Of a DNA stretch of 64,000 nt, positions 14,415 through 27,353 are shown in pieces. The stretch is from assembly GCA_951406725.2 (NCBI GenBank), contig OX597822.1, forward strand, positions 105,214,001 through 105,278,000, read 5' to 3'. This stretch comes from Octopus vulgaris (taxonomy: Eukaryota). Positions within the stretch are counted from its first letter, which is position 1, and every line of letters starts with the position of its first letter. Below the pieces are notes generated by a model. It saw only the letters and a program-made list of their open reading frames with translations, was not told the DNA's origin and did not search any database. A program made the translations under genes and the position numbers.

Positions 14415-14964
14415 CGCGCGTGTGTATGTGTGTGTGTGCGTGTGTGTATGTGTGTGTGTGTGTGTGTGTCTATGTATATATATGCACACACACACATATC
14501 TGTGTGTGTAAATATATATAAATATATATTTATTTATGCATAAGTGTGCATATAAAATCGTATGTGTATGTGTAGAATAATATACCAGTTGAATAAAGTT
14601 AAAACGTGGTCTCGTTTTCATGTTTAATTATTATAATATTTCAAAAAATTATTAGTTTGTTTACAATGTTGAAGTGTGTTAAACATTAAAAAAATATTTC
14701 GTAATGTTCATAAAGTTCAATTGGCGCTTTCATACGTTCGTAGTAATCGTCAGATTTCCAAATGTATTTAACTGACAATTGAGTTCTTGACAACTGTAGT
14801 AAAGTGACTGACTTCTTCTTTTTGTACATCTAAGAAGGCTCCAACAAGATAATTTAACCAATTATCTTGCAGTTTACACGTAATGTTTTTATGAGTGAGC
14901 AAACTCAGTTGGTTTCGATCGTTTTTCTTTCACTTGGTGGGAGTCTTCTGTAATTTATTTATAC

Positions 14965-15178
14965 TTACTTTACTTTTTACTTTTACTTGTTTCAATCATT
15001 TGACTGCGGCCATGCTGGAGCACCGCCTTTAGTCGAGCAAATCGACCCCGGGACTTATTCTTTGTAAGCCCAGTACTTATTCTATCGGTCTATTTTGCCG
15101 AACCGCTAAGTGACGGGGACGTAAACACACCAGCATCGGTTGTCAAGCAATGCTAGGGGGACAAATACAGACACACAA

Positions 15179-15223
<45 letters not shown>

Positions 15224-15395
15224 CATACATACGACAGGCCTCTTTCAGTTTCCGTCTACCAAATCCACTCACAAGGCTTTGGTCGGCCCGAGGCTATAGT
15301 AGAAGACATTTGCCCAAGATGCCACGCAGTGGGACTGAACCCGGAACCATGTAGTTCATAAGCAAGCTACTTACCACGCAGCCACTCCTGCGCCT
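14965..15395 (-). mobile_element. SINE family A copy
   Basis: Highly similar to 1793-2196. Confidence 0.85.
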
Positions 15396-16132
15396 ATATT
15401 TGTATGTTAAAGATATTTTTTTTAATCCACATCATTAACTGGCCGTTATATTATTATTAATGTTGAATTGGTTGAGCATTCCGTAGACACGAGCAATCCG
15501 TAGACACATCTACATTTAACGTAATTCTTGAAAATGAGGAAACAATGTGAGCGGCAAAGACACAAAATCCACCTGACAGTCTTTTGTGAAGTTTTCGTCT
15601 TCTCTACTACATTCGCAAGTTATTACTCCACAAGAAGATATAAGGAATGTCACTTGCTCAAGATGATACACAATGGGGTCGAACACGTAATCTTGTCACC
15701 GCGAAACACAATTCGTAGCCATTATCCCTTACTACACCTACATATAAGATAAGTCCATTTACCTCTTTATAAGTAACACAGCATCAGAGGGAAGCTGCAT
15801 TAGAAGCTAAGATGCTGCAGCGATGAGTGCGGGAGTTATTAACTTGGGTTGCCATTGACGAAAGTTCTCGTTTATTATTTCCTTGCATCTCTCATTTTAG
15901 GGTTAACATTTAATGCTACCCGAAGCCTAATGGTGTTTCGGGAAGAGTTAAATGCAACCCAATGCATATCGACGTTTCGGGAAGAGCTAAATAAGCTAAA
16001 TGCATAACTAAATGTTAATTAAAGTCTCATATCTTTTGCTTATCTTCTCGAGTTACAATGGTATACTCTGCTACATTTATCTTACCTATCATAAAACTCA
16101 AAGCAAAAAAAAACAGGATGAGTGTTGAATAG

Positions 16133-16677
16133 GCGGCAAAGTCGACCTCGGCAGAATTTGAACTCAAAACGTAGCGGTGGCAGACGAAATACCTATTTCT
16201 TTACTACCCACAAGGGGCTAAACATAGAGGGGACAAACAAGGACAGACATAGGTATTTAGTCGATTACATCGACACCAGTGCAAAACTGGTGCTTTATTT
16301 ATCGACTCCGAAAGGATGAAAGGCAAAGTCGACCTCGGCGGAATTTGAACTCAGAACGTAACGACAGATGAAATACCGCTTAGTATTTCGCCCGGCGTGC
16401 TAACGTTTCTGCCAGCTCGCCGCCCTAAAGTTATTTAATATATATTTCTTTACTACCCACAAGGGGCTAAACACAGAGGGGACAAACAAGGACAGACAAA
16501 GGGATTAAGTCGATTACATCGACACCAGTGCAAAACTGGTATTTTATTTATCGACTCCGAAAGGATGAAAGGCAAAGTCGACCTCGGCGGAATTTGAACT
16601 CAGAACGTAACGACAGACGCAATACCGCTAAGCATTTCGCCCGGCGTGCTAACGTTTCTGCCAGCTCGCCGCTCTAA
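16133..16677 (-). mobile_element. Tandem SINE-C copies
   Basis: Two full units plus a partial internal repeat, reverse orientation. Confidence 0.8.
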
Positions 16678-17000
16678 GGTTATTAATATATAGTTAAAAA
16701 AGCACAGTGAAGGGGCAATGGCAAGAATCGAACCGACAATGTTTTGATTCAGAGACATTTTGTAGGTAATTGATTCGACAGGCTAAAGTTCTCGGAGACA
16801 TTATGTTACATCATTGATAATGCATTACATCAGAATATTCAATTTTAAGAAATCAATGTATTTGTAGATTGCTTTCACGTTAATTGCATAAACAGTTTTC
16901 ATAATTAAAAGAAGACTGAAGACATTGTGTTTTATAAATAAATAAACAAATAAAAACAATAATTGATAAAGTAAACATAACAATCAAATATAAATGCATA

Positions 17001-17041
17001 TTCTTAATGTTATTTTGTCTTTTCTTCTTTTTCAGGTAAGT
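17001..17041 (+). promoter_or_regulatory. Candidate recursive splice site (3'SS directly fused to a 5'SS)
   Basis: CTTAAT branch-like motif, ~24-nt pyrimidine tract, CAG (17033-17035) then GTAAGT (17036-17041). Confidence 0.45.
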
Positions 17042-17352
17042 CGGTTTAAAGAAAATTTGAAGAGAAAATCTATTACATCATTACTGCATTTTAGGTAAAC
17101 AATTTCAAAAAGTATAACAAAAAAAAAAAAAAGAAAAGAAAAAAAAGAAATGAAAAGAAATAAAATTAAAAAAACAGATGAATAATAATTAAAGAAAGAA
17201 AAGAAATGAAATAACAAAATAGAAGAAATAATTCAAAATATATTGTTGTTGACGAATGTACATATGAATAAATGAGTGTATTGATGTACGTATGCATGCG
17301 TATATATATATATATGCATATGTAAGCATATATATACACGTACAAGTGTATT

Positions 17353-17403
<51 letters not shown>

Positions 17404-17466
17404 GTATATCTATAGATATGTACGTGGATATCTATATATCTATCTATCTGTCTCTCTGTCTGTCCA

Positions 17467-17529
<63 letters not shown>

Positions 17530-17637
17530 TATATATATAACATATAAATGTGTGTATATGTGTATGCATATTTGTAATATTTGTATATGTAAATATATAT
17601 ATATATCTCGTGAATTCCATTTTCTCTTTCTCTCTTT

Positions 17638-17689
<52 letters not shown>

Positions 17690-17695
<6 letters not shown>

Positions 17696-17861
17696 ATGTG
17701 TGTGTGTGTTGTTTATTGATTTCTTTTTGACTCGGCACACAAAGGCACTATATTTTAACGGAAGCAGACAGGAGTAGGTTGTGGTAATATTTAGTCAATT
17801 AATTCCAATTCGGAGTTGAAACCACACAGTGGTTACGACCTTTGAATTCTAAATCCTGCAT
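17690..17861 (+). repeat. Donor of a ~170-bp direct duplication
   Basis: Repeated at 19346-19516 with about one substitution in the unique part. Confidence 0.9.
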
Positions 17862-17987
17862 ATCTCATTTCATTATCGCCATTATTCCGAATAGTGGATG
17901 GCACAATCGATTGGGGTGGTGGAGTAAATGTGTTTCGGGTATTTAAATACTTCCATTTTCGCTTGAAGTTCAAATCCCGCCGAGTTT

Positions 17988-18042
17988 GTTATTATTATTA
18001 GTATTAGTATTATTATTGTTATTATTATTATTATTATTATTG

Positions 18043-18081
<39 letters not shown>

Positions 18082-18084
18082 TTA

Positions 18085-18128
<44 letters not shown>

Positions 18129-18136
18129 GTTATCAT
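17988..18136. repeat. (TTA)n microsatellite
   Basis: Seen directly. Confidence 0.95.
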
Positions 18137-18139
18137 TCA

Positions 18140-18658
18140 GTATTATTTTTATAGCGTGCTTTCACTTCACTACCGAGCACAGCTCTGTGTGCCTTGGGTA
18201 TGTGCTATGATTTGTTGTGATGCTCTTATGGTTACTGTATTGAAAGTGTCTTGTGTAGGATGTGTGCAATGCCCAGTAGTGCAATTTTCTGTATGTTATA
18301 TGTGTTTGTAAGTCCTGGTGTTTTTGTTATGTATTTGTCTGAATATTTTTTTTATCGTGTGTAATGCGCCTGTTATGATAGGAATCGTTTCTGTTTTTAG
18401 ATTCCTCATTCTAGTTACCTCTATTTCCAGGTCTTTGTATTCTGAAAGTTTCTCCAATTCTTTTAGAGAAACGTTGTCATCTACTGGTTTTGGTACATCA
18501 ATTAGAAACCATTTTTGTTTCTTCGTCATCTCTGACAACTATATCTGGCCTGTTGGCCTTAATTTTTGTATCTGTGTGTATTGGCATATCCCAGAGTATG
18601 GTTGCTTTCTCGTTTTCAGTGACCTATTCTGGTGTGTGCTTATACCATCTTTTTTCTG

Positions 18659-18660
<2 letters not shown>
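18140..18660 (-). mobile_element. 5'-truncated R4/Dong-like non-LTR retrotransposon (restriction-like endonuclease domain plus 3' UTR)
   Basis: KANRPDIVV...LIDV...KELEKLSEYKDLEIEVTRM..LKTETIPIITGAL...IQKIALLG (PD..D..K RLE motif); (TAA)n on both sides. Confidence 0.85.
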
Positions 18661-18721
<61 letters not shown>

Positions 18722-18728
<7 letters not shown>

Positions 18729-19089
18729 TTCGGCCTTAGCGAAGGCGGTGGTCCTCTTTTCAGCTGTGTTTTTTTTTTTGTTTGTCCGTGGGCAATATAC
18801 CTCAAGAACCGCTGGATAGATTCGGATGAAATTTTAGGGATATTTGGCCTTGTGACCAGTACGAAGTAATTAAATTTTGGGATCGATCCGGTACTGGACA
18901 AAGGTTCAGGATTATTTAATTGGTTTTTTTACTTAATTTTTGAAAACGGTCGGGTTCATTTTTAGTATTCCTGTTAGTGAGGGTGGTAGTTGGTTTCAGA
19001 TGTTCTAATTTTAAAAATCCCCAATGGCTAATCGTTGAGAGGATGTTGGTATTGCCTTGGCGGAGGTTTGCGCTCTCTGATTGCTCTTG

Positions 19090-19090
<1 letters not shown>
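18722..19090 (+). mobile_element. Non-autonomous Helentron/HINE-like element
   Basis: Subterminal inverted repeats ACTTCGGCC...GGCGGAGGT, TTTGTTTGTCCGT micro-repeat, 3' stem-loop GCGCTCTCTGATTGC; T-rich target. Confidence 0.65.
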
Positions 19091-19157
<67 letters not shown>

Positions 19158-19587
19158 ATTATTATTATTATTGTTGTTGTTGTTGTTATGAAATTCAAAA
19201 CTGTGAGCTAGCACAATTGTTTCCACGCTACACAAAATGCTTAGCAGTATTTTGCCCAAATGTAGTATTTCTGGGTTCAAATGCCGTCAAGATCAGCTTT
19301 GCTTTTCATCTTCTTGGGGTCGATAAAATAAGTACCATAGAGCACTGTGTGTGTGTATGTGTGTTGTTTATTGATTTCTTTTTGACTAGGCACACAAAGG
19401 CACTATATTTTAACGGAAGCAGACAGGAGTAGGTTGTGGTAATATTTAGTCAATTAATTCCAATTCGGAGTTGAAACCACACAGTGGTTACGACCTTTGA
19501 ATTCTAAATCCTGCATGACCCATCACAGCACCCTAAATTGCTGGCCTTGTGTCAAAATTTGGAATCAATATTTCTTATGCTACTTCA

Positions 19588-20172
19588 GGCTGCGAGCTGG
19601 CAGAATTGTTAGCACGCCGGGCGAAATACTTAGCAGTATTTCGTCTGCCGCTACGTTCTGAGTTCAAATCCCGCCGAGGTCGGCTTTGCCTTTCATTCTT
19701 TCGGGGTCGATAAATAAAGTACCAGTTACGCATTGGGGATCTATGTAATCTACTTCATCCCTTTGTTTGTCCTTGTTTGTCCCCTCTATGTTTAGCTCTT
19801 TGTGGGTAGTAAAGAAATAGGTATTTCGTCTGCCGCTACGTTCTGATTTCAAATTCCGCCGAGGTCAAGTTTGCCTTTCATCCTTTCGGGGTCGATTAAA
19901 TAAGTACTAGTTACGCACTGGGGTCGATATAATCGACTTAATCCGTTTGTCTGTCCTTGTTTGTCCTCTCTGTGTTTAGCCCCTTGTGGGTAGTAAAGAA
20001 ATGAGTATTTCTTCTGTCATAATGTTCAGAGAGCAGACTCCACCGATATCGACTTTGCCTTTCATCCTTTCAAAGTTGATAAAATTAGCACAAGGTGAGC
20101 GCTAGGGTTGCTGTCATCGACTTGCCCTCTCCCTCAAAATTTCACGCTTTGTGCCTATCGTAGAAAGGATAA
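19588..20172 (+). mobile_element. SINE-C with internal head-to-tail multimer (3 body units)
   Basis: Units joined by GTAAAGAAATAGGTATTTCGTCTG; only the first unit has the A-box head. Confidence 0.8.
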
Positions 20173-20584
20173 TTAAATTCAGCCTTCCTTTCGCAATGAA
20201 ATAACAACTTCAAACGTTCTAGTAAACCATCACAGATTTAGGAGTGAGATTTTACCGACTATAATGGTCATTGCAACTTAATTGGTATTAGTTTTGTCGA
20301 TCACTGAGGAATGAAAGCAAATATACTCACAGTCGGATAAGCGGGATAAATAACCGTACAGCTGATTTATATATATAAGAGAACACTATTTAATCATGTA
20401 ATCAGTCGATTGATGAAGCTAAAGTCAAATATATATGATTGCAGCGTGATAGTGTCGTTAAGATTGTTAAGGCGTTTGGCAAAGTAACTTTGAGTTATTC
20501 CTTCCAGCTCCCTGAGCGTCGAGTTCAGCATGAGCTGAAATGAAGCCTACCTCTTTCTAAGTCAGTCCATAAATAAAGTACCAG

Positions 20585-20812
20585 TTCTTCTTCTTCTTCT
20601 TCTTCTTCTTCTTCTTCCTCTTCCTCTTCCTCTTCTTCTTCTCTTCTTCTCCTCCTCCTTCTTCTTCTTCTTCTTCTTCTTCTCCTTCTTCCTCTCCTCC
20701 TCCTTCTTCCTCTCCTCCTCCTTCTTCTCCTTCCTCTTCTTCTTCTTCTTCTTCTTCTTCTTCTTCTTCTTCTTCTTCCTTTTCCTCTTCCACTTCTACT
20801 TCTTCCTTTTCT

Positions 20813-20844
<32 letters not shown>

Positions 20845-20899
20845 TTCTTCCCCTTCCCCTTCCCCTTCCTCTTCCTCTTCCGCTTCCTCTTCTTCTTCC

Positions 20900-20964
<65 letters not shown>

Positions 20965-21150
20965 TTCCTCTTCCCCTTCCCGTTACTCTTCCTCTTCCCC
21001 TTCCCCTTCCCCTTCTTCTTCCCCTTCCTCTTCCTCTTCTTTTTCTTCCTCTTCTTCTTTTTCTTCTTCTTCTTACTCATTCTCTCTCTCTCACTCGTTC
21101 TCACACATACACACTCTCCGCCCTCTCTCTCTCTCTCTTTCTCTCTCGTT
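20585..21150. repeat. Compound (TTC)n/(TCC)n/(TTCCCC)n polypyrimidine tract followed by (CT)n
   Basis: Seen directly; source of the spurious poly-E and poly-K ORFs. Confidence 0.95.
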
Positions 21151-21539
21151 CGCTCACTCTATGAAAGAAATCGGTTGTTACCAGACCTGGAGAAAAAAGA
21201 ACTGTACTAACAATTAAACCACCTAACGTATAACTAATGCATACCTAATGCAATGGTGTCGCTAAATCCAAAACCGTCTATAGTCGCTTCAAAATTTTTA
21301 GCCATCTACCCCTATTCAGTATGAGAATTTGTCTCATTATATCTTACCATAAAATAAGTTCTGCTGTAGCACTTGGGTAGTCAATGCAGTTAACCGTTAC
21401 TTCCCATTACGAATCTCTTTAGGTAAATTTATATCATCCTTATGACACCTGGATTTAATTGAAAACAACTATTGTTTTTTAGTCATTATATAACCCTGAT
21501 CGAAAAGACATAAGATCAGAGACATTTCGGCCTTGAGCA

Positions 21540-21940
21540 TCGAGCTGGCAGAATCGTTAAGCACACCGGGCGAAATGCTTAGCGGGATTTCGTCTGTCGC
21601 TAATGTTTTGAGTTCAAATTCCAGCTAGGTCGACTTTGCCTTTCATCATTTCGGGGTCGATAAAGTAAGTACCAGTTACGCACTGGGCTTGATATAATCG
21701 ACTTAATCCGTTTGTCTGTCCTTGATTGTCCTCTCTGTGTTTAGCCCCTTGTGGGTAGTAAAGAAATAGGTATTTCGTCTCTCGCTAATGTTTTGAGTTC
21801 AAATTCCGCCAAGGTCGACTTTGTCTTTCATCCTTTCGGGGTCGATAAATTAAGTACCAGTTTCGCACTGGAGTCGATCTAATCGACTAGCCCCCTCCCC
21901 CAAAATTTCGGGCCTTGTGCCTAGAGTAGAAAACATATTA
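21540..21940 (+). mobile_element. SINE-C dimer ending in the alternative tail (GGCCTTGTGCCTAGAGTAGAAAA)
   Basis: Two body units with different tails. Confidence 0.8.
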
Positions 21941-22303
21941 AGAATTAAGACCACATCGTCTAGTTTGATTAAATTCAGAACGATAGACATGTAAATTTGC
22001 AGTAATTTTGCTTACAGTTTCTACCAGATTAAGTGAATGCACACAGATCTCAGCGCTGAATTGTGGTACACAGCAGTATAGTTTGCAAGCATATTGGTGT
22101 AATTAGGAATCAGAGTTCGATTCCACTGCTCAGCACCTCAGCCAGACGGTTTTTACTCTTATCTCAAATCTACAAAAGTCATATAATCGATATTGCACAG
22201 AAGTTATGCAGAAGCTACAGCTGGGCTGTTAATAACTGAGTCATTCAGTATAGTCCCTGCCACATTTAATAGCATTGACGTTAGCACAGTTAATTGTGTT
22301 ACG

Positions 22304-22918
22304 AAACAATAGAACGCACGGTTGAATACCCTGAGGTGTTTACTTTCATCTCTCCTTATGATGCCTGACGTTCTGGTCATTTAGTCTTTTATCTTTTATT
22401 CGTTCCACTCATTAGACAGCGGCCATTCTGAGAAATCGCCCTCAAGAAATTTTAGTCGAATGTCGAATGAATGATTCCAGTACTTATTTTTGTTAAACTT
22501 GGTATTTATTCTATCGGTCTCTTTTGCCGAACTGCTATGTTACGGGGACGTAAACACACCAACGCCGGCTTTCAAGCAGTAGTGGCGGCCAGCTGGCAGA
22601 AACGTTAGCACACCGGGCGAAATGCATTGCGGTATTTCGTCTGCCGCTATGTTCTGAGTTCAAATTCCACCGAGGTCGACTTTGCCTTTTTATTCTTTCG
22701 GGGTCGATTAAATAAGTACCAGTTACGCACTGGGGTCGATGTAATGGACTTAATCCGTTTGTCTGTCCTTGTTTGTCCTTTCTGTGTTTAGCCCCTTGTG
22801 GGTAGTAAAGAAATAGGTGGAGTGGGGGAGTTAACACAGACATGAAGACACACACACACATATACACATTTATATGACGGGCTTCTTTTAGTTTCCAACA
22901 CCTAAATCCATCCACAGG
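22304..22918 (-). repeat. Left copy of a ~610-bp inverted duplication (unique flank plus headless SINE-A with nested SINE-C)
   Basis: Reverse complement of 29720-30311, including the non-SINE flank. Confidence 0.9.
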
Positions 22919-23227
22919 TCCATAGTTTCTTTGTACTCTTATACTAGTCTCGTTGGCCGTCCAGTTACTGGCTGTTGCAATTCAATTTGTTGACTAACCC
23001 GAGTACTAAAGCGAAAGTCTTGGATACTTTGCAGGTTTTAGTTACCTCACTCGAAGTTTTAATTACAAACGCCATTACTGATGTAGGTCAATAAGACAGA
23101 TTAGCTCAGATTTAGTAAATTCCATATAGATATATTCAAAGTGTTGTGACTTATTGTTGGAAGTAGCAGAAACCTTGTATGTGTATGTTTTCCGCCGTAT
23201 CTGTCTTAACTTTATATCTTTACAATG

Positions 23228-23616
23228 TGGAGGCGCAATGGCCCAGTGGTTAAGGCAGTGGACTCGCGGTCGTAGGATCGCGGTTTCGATTCTCAGCTCG
23301 GGCGTTGTGAGTGTTTATTGAGCGAAAACACCTAAAACCTCCACGACGCTCCGGCAGGGATGGTGGTGATCCTTGCTGTACTCTTTCACCACAACTTTCT
23401 CTCACTCTTACTTCCTGTTTCTGTTGTACCTGTATTTCAAAGGGCCGGCCTTGTCACTCTCTGTGTCACGCTGAATATCCCCGAGAACTACGTTAAGGTG
23501 CACGTGTCTGTGGAGTGCTCAGCCACTTACATGTTAATTTCACGAGCAGGCTGTTCCGTTGATCGGATCAACCGGAACCCTCGTCGTCGTAACCGACGGA
23601 GTGCTTTCATCCATCC
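23228..23616 (+). mobile_element. SINE family B copy
   Basis: TSD ATCTTTACAATG at 23216-23227 and 23617-23628; (CATC)n tail. Confidence 0.88.
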
Positions 23617-23809
23617 ATCTTTACAATGACGAAGACATGCCTTTCTGCCTGAACAATTCTGAGAATCCCAAGCTAATATACTCTAAAATATTGCAGGTAT
23701 TGGAGGCACAATATCTTGCATCAAGTACATGTGTGTTGCAATGTGTTTAATAAGAAAAGTTCGAATAATATCTCGGAGATAAACAAGTAAAGAGAATTAT
23801 ATCACAAAA

Positions 23810-24205
23810 CTAGCAGTATCGCCCGGCGTTGCTCGGGTTTGTAAGGGAAATAACTATATAAGCATTTTTAGGGATGTAAAGTATAATAGCCATCTCAATA
23901 TGACTAACCACAAAAGGGTGGTGTTACTGTAGCTTTTTACGTTCTGAGATTTAAATAATAAATTTTTAGAGAGTTACTTCCCTTATATATGCCAAAAATG
24001 CATTAAAAATGGGAAAAATTGATGGTAATTTGTTTTTAAATCGTAGACTCATCGTAGACGGACGCTAATACCCAGAAGGGCTCGATATGAATCACGACTA
24101 TAAGATACCCGGTTTTGGTTAAACTGCACCGCAAAATGTGGGAGTAGTTAGGAATCTAAATCGTAGGAGACAGACTGCACACAACCTCACTTTTATATAT
24201 AAAGA
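23810..24205 (-). mobile_element. Non-autonomous Helitron
   Basis: Minus strand A|TC...hairpin CCCGAGCAACGCCGGG...CTAG|T. Confidence 0.85.
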
Positions 24206-25356
24206 TATACAAATTTATCTCAATGTGACTTAATTTCATCAGCACAGATATCCAGCGTCTATGATGTCCTGTTTTGTGTATATTAGCAAATTAGGAAATT
24301 TTTCACAGTTCCTTGATTGTCGTGGAAATGCAATTAAATTTCGTCTATCGTCTTAATAAAAGTCACATTAAATAATGTTTTCGTAGATGGAAAAAAAACT
24401 TTAAAAAAAACCCAGAGAAATGTCACAGCTGGGATGCTTCTGATGAAAAAGTCTGCTCAAACATGGTTGACCTGCGATTAATCATGAAAAACAATATTTT
24501 CTGATTTTGGCACGTGACTAAGGATTTAGGCGAGGTTGAAATCGATTAAATCGAGCTTAGTGTTTAACTAGCATTTAATGTTGGTGGATTTGAATTGAAA
24601 GTGCTGGGTGAAATACCGCCACGTATATTTGTACAGCGCTTTGCCGACTCGGGCGTTAAAATATCATTACAGCAATGACCTTTGGCGTTGTTGTTGTTGT
24701 TTCTAACATAGGCACAATGCCTATAGAAATTGATTAATAGTTTACATCAAACTCAATGCCCCACTGATAATTTCAATCAGCTTGTTCTCAAAGATGTTTT
24801 AGCTATGGAGCCATTTAACTCTTATTTTACTCAGATGGACTGCTGTAGCCACTTTGTTTAAAATATCCAGTAAAATTTTCTATTTAGAATTTATTAGGAA
24901 TTATATATTTTAAAAAAATGTTAGAATATTCTGTGTATTGCAGAAGTTTATCTACTTTATTGCAGACAAATTTTAACAACAGAATCTTATATGCACCTGT
25001 CGATGACGGAAATAGGAAAGTTAGACAGTGATCTCAGTAGAATTTGAATTCAAATGTAGGGAGGCAAAATAAAAACTGCAAAGCATTTTCTCCGACGCTC
25101 TAATGATTCTGTCAACTTTTCATCTAATTTAAACCGAAGACCAGCAGTTATGATTACATCGATCCGAGTGCCTTATTTAGGCTATATTTTCTCGAATCTG
25201 TGGAAACGTAAAGCAAAGTTCACATCGGGGGAAAGTAAATTCGGTAGTCAAATAGTTGGAACAAATAATGCAAGACAGTTTTGTTCCGGTTCTTTACGTT
25301 CTGACTATTCTGTCACCTTCAAATAGTATTACTAATAAATGTCATAAAGTGTGATA

Positions 25357-25622
25357 AAAAAATAATAATAAATGCGCCCTTTTAAAGCCAAGCCAGGCTC
25401 ATTGGGCGCGGTTTCCCGGTTTCTATGGCGTATGTGTTCCCCAGCTGGATGGGACGCCAGTCCATCGCAGCGTACAATCATTTTTGCCAGCTGAGTGGAC
25501 TGGAGCAACGTGAAATGAAGTGTTTTGCTCAAGGACACAACGCGTCGCCCGGTCCAGGAATCGAAACCACAATCTTACGATCATGGTGCTGACACCCTAA
25601 CCACTAAGCCACATACCTCCAC
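25357..25622 (-). mobile_element. tRNA-derived SINE family D (CORE-like plus V-domain-like)
   Basis: A box TGGCTTAGTGG, B box GTTTCGATTCC, GTGTCCTTGAGCAAAACACTT, GCGATGGACTGGCGTCCC; TSD CATAAAGTGTGATA (25343-25356 and 25623-25636). Confidence 0.85.
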
Positions 25623-26870
25623 CATAAAGTGTGATATTACTTGTTAATTTGAAAACTGACCCGGCAGAAGCGTTTTTGTGTTGGACGAAATACTCATCGG
25701 AATGTATTGCTTCTCTTTATGCAGAGTTGAAATAACATCGACTTTGGTTTTCATCCTAAAAAGGATCGATAAAATAAGTACTAGTTTGGTACTTGGCTTG
25801 ATGTAATCGACTGAACGACTACCCTTAAATTGCTTCCTTTGTGCTAAAATTAGGCATACATTTTTATTTGACTTGGCCAATAACGGATATGTAACATTTT
25901 GCTTCCGGTAACACAAAGCTACGACACGGTTCCGTTTCTATAGGCGCTTATTGCAATTTCTTTACGTTGTTAATGCCATTGGAGAAGGCATGAACGTCAC
26001 GTTAGCACTTTTTCATAAAATTCGAGAAACTCTCCTCTTTCTTTGTGTCTTATCAAAAGAGATCAATATTATCGTGTGTATGTATGTGTGCGTGTTTGAG
26101 GTTATGTGTTATCTGTGTTTCTTCTTTTCCAAATATTAAATCAATTTCAAATATAATATCAATAATCTTATTCACAGTGAGCCATTTTGTAATATATTTA
26201 AATATTTGTGAAGACAAGTGTGAGGCAGGGGTGGGGCAATGTGATATAAAGTTTATTTCCTGCTACTGTTCAAATAGTTGTATCAGAAAATTCTAGATGG
26301 AGTTCTCTTATCACAGAGAATTATATTGACTGGAAACATCGACAGACTAAAGAAATTTCTAAGAAATTACATTCCAGTGGGATAAAATCAATTACAGCAT
26401 TATTGACTAGGTAGCAACTTGCATCCTTGGTTACAGGGGAAATAACACAGAAATAACTGATTTTTTTTCTTTGTGTATGTATGTATATATGTATGTATGT
26501 ATGTGTGCGTTTGTATATTTCTTTAATATTTATATATGTTTATACCAACAGAAGTGACAGTTCATTATAACGAAAATAAGAATATACAAGTTATGTCTTA
26601 TAAAATCACATACAAAATGAAAACCCAGCAACTTGAAAAATATTCCTGTAAAAACGTAGCACTATATATCTCAAGATACGTATTTTCAAGATGATCTCAT
26701 AAATTTTTTATTTACTCCCCGTAGATATGTTACCTTAGTTACAATTGGAATTTTACGTCCTTGAGCAGAATGATAAGCTATGGAAGATTATTAGCAAACA
26801 AGTAGACAATTTCGCGAGTCCAGATTCATATAATAACATTTAGTTTCTTTTTTGTCTTTTATCTACAACA

Positions 26871-27268
26871 AGCGCAGGCGTGGCTGTGTGGCAAGAAGCT
26901 TGTTTGCCAACCACATGGTCTTGGGTTCAGTCCCACTGCGTTACACTTTAGGCATGGGCTTCTGCTATAGCCTCGAGCTGACCTGTGAGTGTATTTGATA
27001 GCCGGAGTCTGAAAGAAGTCCGTTGTGTGTGCGTGTGTGTGAGTGTGTGTGTGTGTGTGTGTCTTCTTGTGTCTCCCCCAACCTGACAACCGACGTTGAT
27101 GTGTTTGCGTCCCCGTAACTTAGCGATTCGGCAGAAGAGATCAAGGTATCAAGCGATTGTAAAACATAATTACTGGGGACGGTTCATTTTACTAGAAATT
27201 TCTGTAAGGCTCTGCTCCAGCATGGCCGCAGTCTAATGACTGACAGAAGTAAATGATAAAAGTTAAAG
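26871..27268 (+). mobile_element. Diverged SINE family A copy
   Basis: Same head, body and tail order as family A. Confidence 0.75.
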
Positions 27269-27353
27269 GCAACACAAAAACCCTTTGCTGCAGCACAGCC
27301 TTCACAAACCCCTGTTTATTATTATTTAAGATTTGGCTCGGCCCTCAGACATA

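Noticed and set aside
20557-21104. Poly-E and poly-K ORFs
   Set aside because: Translations of the (GAA)n tract
21405-21430. Second AG|GTAAAT fused splice motif
   Set aside because: Short pyrimidine tract and weak donor; expected by chance
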